Below, one piece after another: positions 56,478 through 64,000 of a stretch of DNA of 64,000 nucleotides. The notes below the pieces were generated by a model that was not told where the DNA came from, made no database searches, and saw nothing but the letters and a program-made list of their open reading frames with translations. The stretch comes from Tubiluchus corallicola. Its lineage: Eukaryota > Animalia > Priapulida. Made by a program: the position numbers and the translations under genes. The stretch's first letter is position 1. Each line of letters begins with the position of its first letter. The stretch covers positions 1 to 64,000 of the forward strand of contig JAQGDQ010000831.1 in the NCBI GenBank assembly GCA_030141605.1. The letters are read 5' to 3'.

Positions 56478-58244
56478 TTACTACTATTATTATTATTATT
56501 ATTATTGTTATTATTATTATTATTTTACTACTATTATTATTATTATTATTGTTATTATTAATTATTTTTCTTATTGTTGATGAACTAAGGCAGCTGACAA
56601 ACGCAAACTGTTTAGTTTACCAAATTGCCTTTGCCTGGCTTATATAGTTATGACGTGTATACTTGGCTGATGGTTGTTCACTATGCCTCAAAAAGAATTG
56701 CAGATAATTTCGAGCACCACCAAATAGGCAGCTAACTTTTCCCGTAAATCCGTTTCTATAAACCAGAAGACTGAGCGGTTAGATCGAAAAGAAGCCCGCG
56801 TTTGTGGTTGTGCAACAGCATTACAATTGACGGAAAATTACTTAAGCTTCTGTATACTGCATTTTTTGCAATTAGGGGTAATAAATTTAAACAGTAGAAA
56901 TTCGATCATTATTATAATCTACGCATGCAGTAAAAATTGATTCATAATAATTAATATCATTATAATACAATTTTTCTGCCAAATTTATAAAACTAAATAG
57001 GGAACGAATAGCTCTCCTGTGTAGTAGTTAGTATAGTAGTAGTAATTAGTGGAAAGTCATTTGGATAATTGACCGCCCACCACCGGATCTTCAACCAAAC
57101 GAAGCAGTCGTTGATCAAAGGGCGAAATGTCGTTTTTTTCGGTGTGCGATGTCTGGGAAACAAGCTACGTTAACGATCTGTTTATATTCATCCGCTTAAA
57201 CTTATTTGCTTTTTCAGTAACCATCAATACTATAAATTTGATAACAATTATTTATTTAACAAACTGTTACCGGATTTCTGTTAAAGGCGTTTTACGATTT
57301 GTCTGCAATTTAGGCAAAGGTTATTGCTGCTTAACCTTTTGCACTATTTTTCGCGCAGTAATTTTTCAGGCGCGAAAATTCGGCAATATGAAATCGTTGT
57401 TAGTAGATATTTTTTGTTGTTTTAATTTCATGGGGTAAAAAACTTAACGAAAGCACTGTACTTCCGTCTACCACTTATTATAGCTTTGAAAATATAAAGG
57501 TAATATTTTATAAGTAACTGTGAGTTATGATGTAAAGATTTTACTATATTTAGATTATTAACAAAATTAATATAATTATAATTTCTAGAACTCTGATCAG
57601 ATTGATTCTTAGTGGCGCGGTACCGTACATTGTATTAATGGAAAATTTCCGCTACAGTCAAACAGCAAAAAATTTGATTCTGAAATGACGTCACTACAGT
57701 GGCAGTCAGAATCGTGTCCACTACATTTCGTATACAAGAATAGAAATAGTAGAATATTCAACGTAAGTAAAGCATCCAGAAAACATTGTGGGGGGTAAAA
57801 AGCGGTCATTTATCTTTACCCCCTATCCATGCTGTAAGGTACAGTACAAGAGTACTCTCTTGGCGAATTTTTGAAGAATTTAAAAGGTAATATAGTAGGC
57901 GTATGTGGTTATTGTTAAATTGCCATATCGTATTGCATAACGCTTGTTGTGTAGTCCAATTAGTTCAAAATGTTTCCCGATGCTTAATTTTCTTTAAAAC
58001 ACAGACATTCTTTTATCTTATCTCCACAAAACACCAAGTGTAGTATTTATAGTTTATTTTATACAGTCATTATTTATTTACACTTGTAAGCCCTGCCATA
58101 ATTAAGTACTGAATAATAAGTCAGTAATTTAAGAATCAAGTTAGTAAAGGAATGGTTCAACAATAATAATATTCGATCGTATTAAAGCAAAGCCAGACCC
58201 AAGCTTAAACTGTAGGTCAAAACAATTTACTCTACCCTGTTGAA

Positions 58245-58761
58245 AGGAACACTATTTTTTTCAAAAATGACTTATGTGAAAGAATTATTACCACACAAAT
58301 ACAATTTCACATTCGCGTCGCTAGTTCTTTGCCGTTTCGTGCATTTCGGAAACGCATTATACAAAAACAGGTACTGTAGTTTCTGTTTACAGTTACTGTT
58401 AGTATCTCAGGAACTCCGCATGTTCTACAGCTCATGCGTGAGCACAGCGGTAAATTTGAAATTTGAATTTTTATCTTAAAACGTGCCTAATTTTAGTACA
58501 ACACACTGAATATCTTACAGTAGCACTGTACGTCAATTTTCGCTTTCACAAACACATGCAACAAGCTCATGGAATATTTTTGCTATTGAAAATTATATTA
58601 GTTTGTGATATCATCAATAGTTAGCTCGCCCACCATTAATTAAATTTTTAATCTATTATTTAATTATCAGAAACGCGTTTGCAGTATTAATCGTATTAAA
58701 ATGTTTACTTTTTATCGGACTTGAAAATGGGGTAGTATATGAAAAATCATCCTGTCTTCCT
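58245..58761 (+). mobile_element. Kolobok-like MITE, family C copy
   Basis: AGGAACACTATTTTTTTCAAAAATGAC...CATCCTGTCTTCCT; homologous to 1148-1680. Confidence 0.7.
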
Positions 58762-59186
58762 TCAATATTACCTGCAGAATAAAATTTCAGTGCAGGGTTT
58801 CTTTAAGCTACATGCGAAAATCTACCAATCTCATCTGCTGGAGATGTAAAATTTGACAATTTTTTTCTAAAAAGGCATTGGTTTTTTTACTCAAATTGAC
58901 TGATGATACAATAACTGTGTGAAACATTATTCTCGCTGTAAATCATTGTTAACATTAGGGCTGAGACAGTTAGGCTTTTTAAATAACCGTTTAAAGTTTA
59001 AACATTTATTATTGCATTCGGACAACCATTCAACCGTTCCTGATGATGTCATACATTGTTTCATTCATTTCTTGCAGGAGTAATCTTAGCCGGTCAAATC
59101 TATCATGCGCCAGCTAGAATGTCCAACTTGACGGCATCCTCATAACATAAGCGAGTGAAAAACTTTTTACTCTTTACCATTTAGAT

Positions 59187-59687
59187 CAGGTGTGTGCAAA
59201 TTATCTGACTAGCCGGGTCACATTAAACTTTCCCACAATTCCTGCGGGCCACAGGCAGTTTGATCAAGGAGCCAAGTACAGAAAGGCCTAATAACGATTT
59301 TGTTTGCGTCCGACCTGCGTACATCATTACTACTACACTCAAGAAACTATTTTAGAAGTTATTAAAATTTATATTACAAACCACATATTTTTACTTTCGG
59401 GACAGATAGTGGTAATTTCATTACAATGCATATTAGTAATGTGTATCACACAGTCTGTGTAGTACAGTGTTATTAAGCTACAACCGTCTTGTAAGGGTTA
59501 ATGGCAACCGATCTAGTAGAAAAAACTACGTGCACTATCTTTGGCATCGTGGCACGGACTTCAGCTGGATACACTCAATTAATCGCCTGGCCCGCACTTT
59601 CATTAGGTTGACAAATCTCTTCGCGGGCCGCACAAATTCTCTCGGCGAACCGCAAGTGGCCCGCAGGCCGCAATTTGCACACCGCTG
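59187..59687 (+). mobile_element. hAT MITE, family A
   Basis: Same sequence; TSD ATTTAGAT/AATTAGAT. Confidence 0.9.
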
Positions 59688-60445
59688 AATTAGATGCTTT
59701 TGTGCAACCAGATTAACTGAAACAATTTTCTATTAAGTGGGCCATTGCTAACTGCGTACGCCAACTCAGAAAAGATACATTTCGTAAATACGGATATGTA
59801 GAAAACTTGGCTAAGTAACGGTTAAATGGTTAGTGATTTACTAACGGCTGCACCTGTTAGCGGATGGTTACAGGTATCAGAATCCGCGGAATTCCGAGTT
59901 TTTGGAAGACCATTTTTGTAAATCGCGTAAATTTGTTGAGAAAATTTTTCCCAGTACATTATTTCCCACTGACCCAGTACATTATTGCATAAGCTGACCG
60001 CTAGTTGGCAGGCCGTCACTTTGTTTACATCCCGTAAATCAGTGTAACCACGTGTATATCTCTATGTATAAAAATATAGAATCAATTGTGCGGAGTTATT
60101 TGAGTCAATTGCAGACAGTTTTCATATACTTTTGCATAGGAGCAGCCAGCGTTTTTGAGACAATTAGGTATCATGTATCCTTGATAGTCGGGTATTTTAA
60201 ATTATGTACGAAACAAGGTAACTGATATTTTAAGTCCACTTAGAGGCTCTCTATGGTCACAAAATTGCAATTTTTTGCTGCCTCCAAGGGGGCTTCCTTG
60301 AACTCCATTGGGGGCCTAGGCGGCCCCAAAACCCCCGGCCTGTTTCGGAGTTTTTTGCAATTTGTCATTCTCATCCCTACAGGTAACTATCTCAGCCTTA
60401 GTTAATATTAAAATTAAAGAAATGATTGATTTATTGTTTTCTAGG

Positions 60446-60537
60446 ATGCCTTTATATGGCAAAATTGTGGTCATTAAACGGAATGGACAGGATGGTGCAC
60501 ACTTTCCTTTAACCGTGCCACAGTGCCTTTTTGGCAG
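60446..60537 (+). CDS. MKI67: Ki-67-like FHA-domain protein, first coding exon
   Basis: MPLYGKIVVIKRNGQDGAHFPLTVPQCLFG(R), preceded by acceptor TTTTCTAG and followed by donor AG|GTAGGT. It resembles the Ki-67 N-terminus (VTIKRSGVDGPHFPLSLSTCLFGR). Confidence 0.85.
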
Positions 60538-60697
60538 GTAGGTAAATTATATGTTTATTCTATCACTTTAAAATCTATAAGTCTTTCTGAATGATTTAGT
60601 TGAAGTACGTGACTTAAAAAACATAGTGGTTATGGGTCTTGCTTATGTAAAGGGTTGAAAACCTTTGTTTCTTCATTTAGTAACAATGACTATTAAA

Positions 60698-61743
60698 CTT
60701 GGCTGTGGATTTGGTACATTAAACTCCTAACTCTGGCTCCAACTCCATCTCCTAGAGTCAATCAATCAATCAATTAATTTATTTCACTCCAGCAATACAT
60801 ATACAATACATCAACATACAATATTATTGAAACAAAAAGAAACAGTATAGGTAAAACAAACGTTGATGAAGTCAAATTAACCAAATAAAAGAGTTGCTGT
60901 ATGACACCTTGAAAGCTTGGCTTGTTAAGGTGGCACAAATGAGTGCATGAAAGAATGGTTAGGGTTAGTAGACATGATGGAATAGAAAAAAATAGTAAGA
61001 TTAGGGATAGGAAGAAGGAAAAGAGGAGAAGAAACGACCACAGTGTATGTTTAATTTACATGGAGGTATATTAAAATAGCATTATAATTAATTGGAGGCC
61101 ATATATTGCGACTGCATGAGACATGGAACCATTTAAATTGTATTATAAGTATGAATCAAAAGTGGTCCTTTTCAAGTACTTTTTGAAACTATAAATAGTT
61201 TTGTGTATTTTTACTTGGGCACTTATTTTATTCCAGTTATTGGGGGCTGTGAATTTAATAAAGAGTTTTAGGAGCCCTGACTCCTGCCTTTAAGTAATAG
61301 TTTGTGGTACTCTCTATATTTAGCTACAGTGACATTTTATCACCACTTCTCATGATAAAAAAACAGTCTAGCTGCATAGATGCCAATATGAAAGCGTCTC
61401 AAAATGGGACGTTATGCATAAATGCATTACATGTTAAAAGTAACTGGAGTCCGAGTTTGTCTATTTTTTACCAACTCTAACATTGACTCCTCTAACAATA
61501 AGTGTACTACCTAGTCCCGACTCCAACTCAAAAACCCGATTCCTTTAGCATTTAATTTACTGTCGACTCCGACTCCAGTACCCTAAGTTTTAACAACTCC
61601 GACTCCTTTAAGCAGTTAGTTTTAACAACTCCGACTCCTTTAGCAGTTAATTTACTGCCGACTCCGACTCCAGTACCCTAAGTTTTAACAACTCCGAGTC
61701 CTTTACCAGTTAATTCACTGTCAACTCCGACTCCACAGCCATG
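60698..61743. mobile_element. hAT MITE with GACTCC repeats, containing a minus-strand L2/CR1-type LINE 3' fragment (~60758-61300)
   Basis: Termini CTTGGCTGTGGA...TCCACAGCCATG; TSD CTATTAAA/TTATTAAA. The nested fragment translates to APNNWNKISAQVKIHKTIYSFKKYLK and has an (ATTG)n tail. Confidence 0.7.
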
Positions 61744-61854
61744 TTATTAAACCTATTTTCAGTCGTTTGAAAATACCCATTTCCTTTTGGTTATGGTTTT
61801 TGCCAGCTATAAAAATTTTCTTTCTTGTTTGAGTAAAATTAATACATTTTACAG

Positions 61855-61936
61855 GAGCAATGAGTGCGACATACGGATTCAGCTGCCCAATGTTTCCAAA
61901 GAGCACTGTCGCATTGATGTTAATGAAAATGGAGAG
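61855..61936 (+). CDS. MKI67: Ki-67-like FHA-domain protein, second coding exon (gene probably continues beyond the window)
   Basis: Acceptor TTTTACAG|G (phase 2), translation (R)SNECDIRIQLPNVSKEHCRIDVNENGE, donor |GTAAGT. It matches Ki-67 ECDIRIQLPVVSKQHC. Confidence 0.87.
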
Positions 61937-61976
61937 GTAAGTTTCGTTGCACATTTACCTAAAGTACATTTTAAAT

Positions 61977-62458
61977 CAGGGTTGTGCAAATTATCCGACT
62001 AGCCGGGCCACATCAAACTTTCGCGCAATTCCCGCGGGCCACAGGCAGTTTGGTCGAGGAGCCAAGTACAGAAAAGCCTAATAACGATTTTTTTGCATCC
62101 GACCTGCGTACATCATTACTACTACACTCAAGAAACTATTTTAGAAGTTATTAAAATTTATATTACAAACCATATATTTCTACTTTCAGGACAGATAGTG
62201 GTAATTTCATAACAATGCTTATTAGTAATGTGTATCACACAGTCTGTGTTGTACAGCGACATTAAGCTACAACCGTCTTGTAAGGGTTAATGGCATCCGA
62301 TCTAGTAGAAAAAACTACCTGCACTATCTTTGGGATCGTGGCACAGACTTCAGCTGGATACACTCAATTAATCGCCTGGGCCGCACTTTCATTAGGTTGA
62401 CAAATCTCTTCGCGGGCCGCACAAAGTCTCTCGGCGGGCCGCAATTTGCACACCCCTG
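61977..62458 (+). mobile_element. hAT MITE, family A (in a Ki-67 intron)
   Basis: Same sequence; TSD TTTTAAAT/GTTTAAAT. Confidence 0.9.
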
Positions 62459-63221
62459 GTTTAAATGTACACTGCAAAATGTTGCTTAGTAAGTTAAATA
62501 AGAGAATGAAATGAATTCATCTTGCGTGAACTTTATTTGTTTGAACAGCAAAAAATGCATTAAGATGCAGTTAAGTAAATTTTTAATAGTGAATTTTCGC
62601 TTATGAAGGTCAAGCTTAAATGGCTTCAGATTTGAAGCCCAATATTGAAAGAATTTGACGAATTCAAATCAAAATTAAAAACACATACATTAAATCGTTT
62701 TGAAAACCCAACATACGTAAACGATAATATATATTCATCCACAAATTTTATTTACCATTTTAAATTATATGTATGTGTTGTATATAGTCTATTATAATTT
62801 CCGTGTAATATTATAATGTATATCTAGTTTTAAATTTTTGACACAGTAGTTTTTAGTTTGCACTGGACGCATTTGCCTTTAACAGTTGTGTGAATTTTAT
62901 TCTCATGCTGCGATATTCTTTTATGCTTTTATAGTTATAAATATCGATTTTTTTTATGGCAAATAAAGATTATTATACACACACACACATATATATATAT
63001 ATAAAAAGATCTTAATATTGGTTTCGGGCTTTCAGGACAGTTTAAAATACAAACTATAAAATCTTTTGTCCTATGTTTTGTCTTCTAGCTGCAGGTATCG
63101 GTCAATTTCGGGAAATATTAGACATTCGTTTGCTTTAGTTTTGCAACAAAAGATCTAAAAGTCATAAGGATCTTCGCTTTCTTAAGTTTGGGCTGTATTT
63201 GGTACAAGATATTAGCATATG

Positions 63222-63299
<78 letters not shown>

Positions 63300-63448
63300 T
63301 GTATTGGTATTTGCGAACGGGCGTGATTTTGTTTATGTGATGATGTTTCGCTTATTGAGGCAGTTTAATTACACATTAATTAGTGTCGTTAAGCAGGAAT
63401 GTAACTATGTTTGCCTAAGATCATGCTTTACGTTCTTTTAACTGCATA

Positions 63449-63886
63449 CCGTATTTTCCCGTGTATAAGAGACCCTTTTTTGCTCAGAATTTTCACTTTA
63501 AAAATAGGGGGTCTCTTATACATGGGAGTAAGTCTTTTCAATAAGATGCATAAATTGTGACACTAATGATTTTAAAGAAATAAGTGCTCTACAACTGTTT
63601 TGCGTGTCGCGTTCGACTATGAAGCGGTTGTAAGCAATACAAGCATCGTGACACAGGCATTATCTCCTCGTTTTCTCTTTTCCTGTTACAGGTTTGCAGG
63701 TACGCACTTTAATATATAACAGTACTCTTTTTCTACAACACATTAACTGGTTTTATTTTGTTTTCAGTACCGCACTGAGTTGAAAAAAGTTGTACTCTAC
63801 CCTCTAAAAATGTCCGTCTGAAAAAACTTTTTTCCAGAATTTTTGCCTAAAAATTGAAGGGGTCTCTTATACACGGGAAAATACGG
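63449..63886. mobile_element. Tc1/mariner-superfamily MITE
   Basis: TIRs CCGTATTTTCCCGTGTATAAGAGACCC...GGGTCTCTTATACACGGGAAAATACGG; TA TSD. Confidence 0.92.
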
Positions 63887-64000
63887 TAATTGTATGTTCC
63901 ACTATAGAATTTGAAAGTGATTCTATGGGGCCGCTTTAAAATTCGATGAGTTATGAAAGAACCGTTTGTCATATAATAATAAAAGATGAAAATAATTTTT

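Overview
AT-rich, repeat-dense genomic DNA from an invertebrate animal: it has spliceosomal introns, microsatellites, LINEs and MITEs, and no prokaryotic features. Four host protein genes are supported. (1) A three-exon minus-strand NKL-class homeobox gene, Vent/Tlx/Lbx-like (29279-22010), which the ORF track does not assemble. (2) A TTLL4-type tubulin glutamylase with an intronless CDS and an unexpected signal-peptide-like N-terminus (36728-38329). (3) An intronless ELOVL6/3-type fatty-acid elongase (51317-52138). (4) The first two coding exons of a Ki-67 (MKI67) FHA-domain gene (60446-61936). There is also a small 5S rDNA cluster (three full genes, plus one cut off by a LINE fragment), a ~2.3 kb-arm inverted duplication containing promoter-like motifs, a 5'-truncated LINE with an open RT frame nested in a MITE, many hAT/Kolobok/Tc1-mariner/Harbinger-like MITEs, and several tandem arrays (29, 42, 72, 105, 134 and 781 bp units). 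The most interesting observations are the possibly secretory-pathway TTLL4 retrocopy, the triplicated helix-3 splice acceptor of the homeobox gene, and the NKL-ELOVL-MKI67 linkage, which echoes human 10q24-26. All coordinates were read by eye and TE boundaries are approximate.
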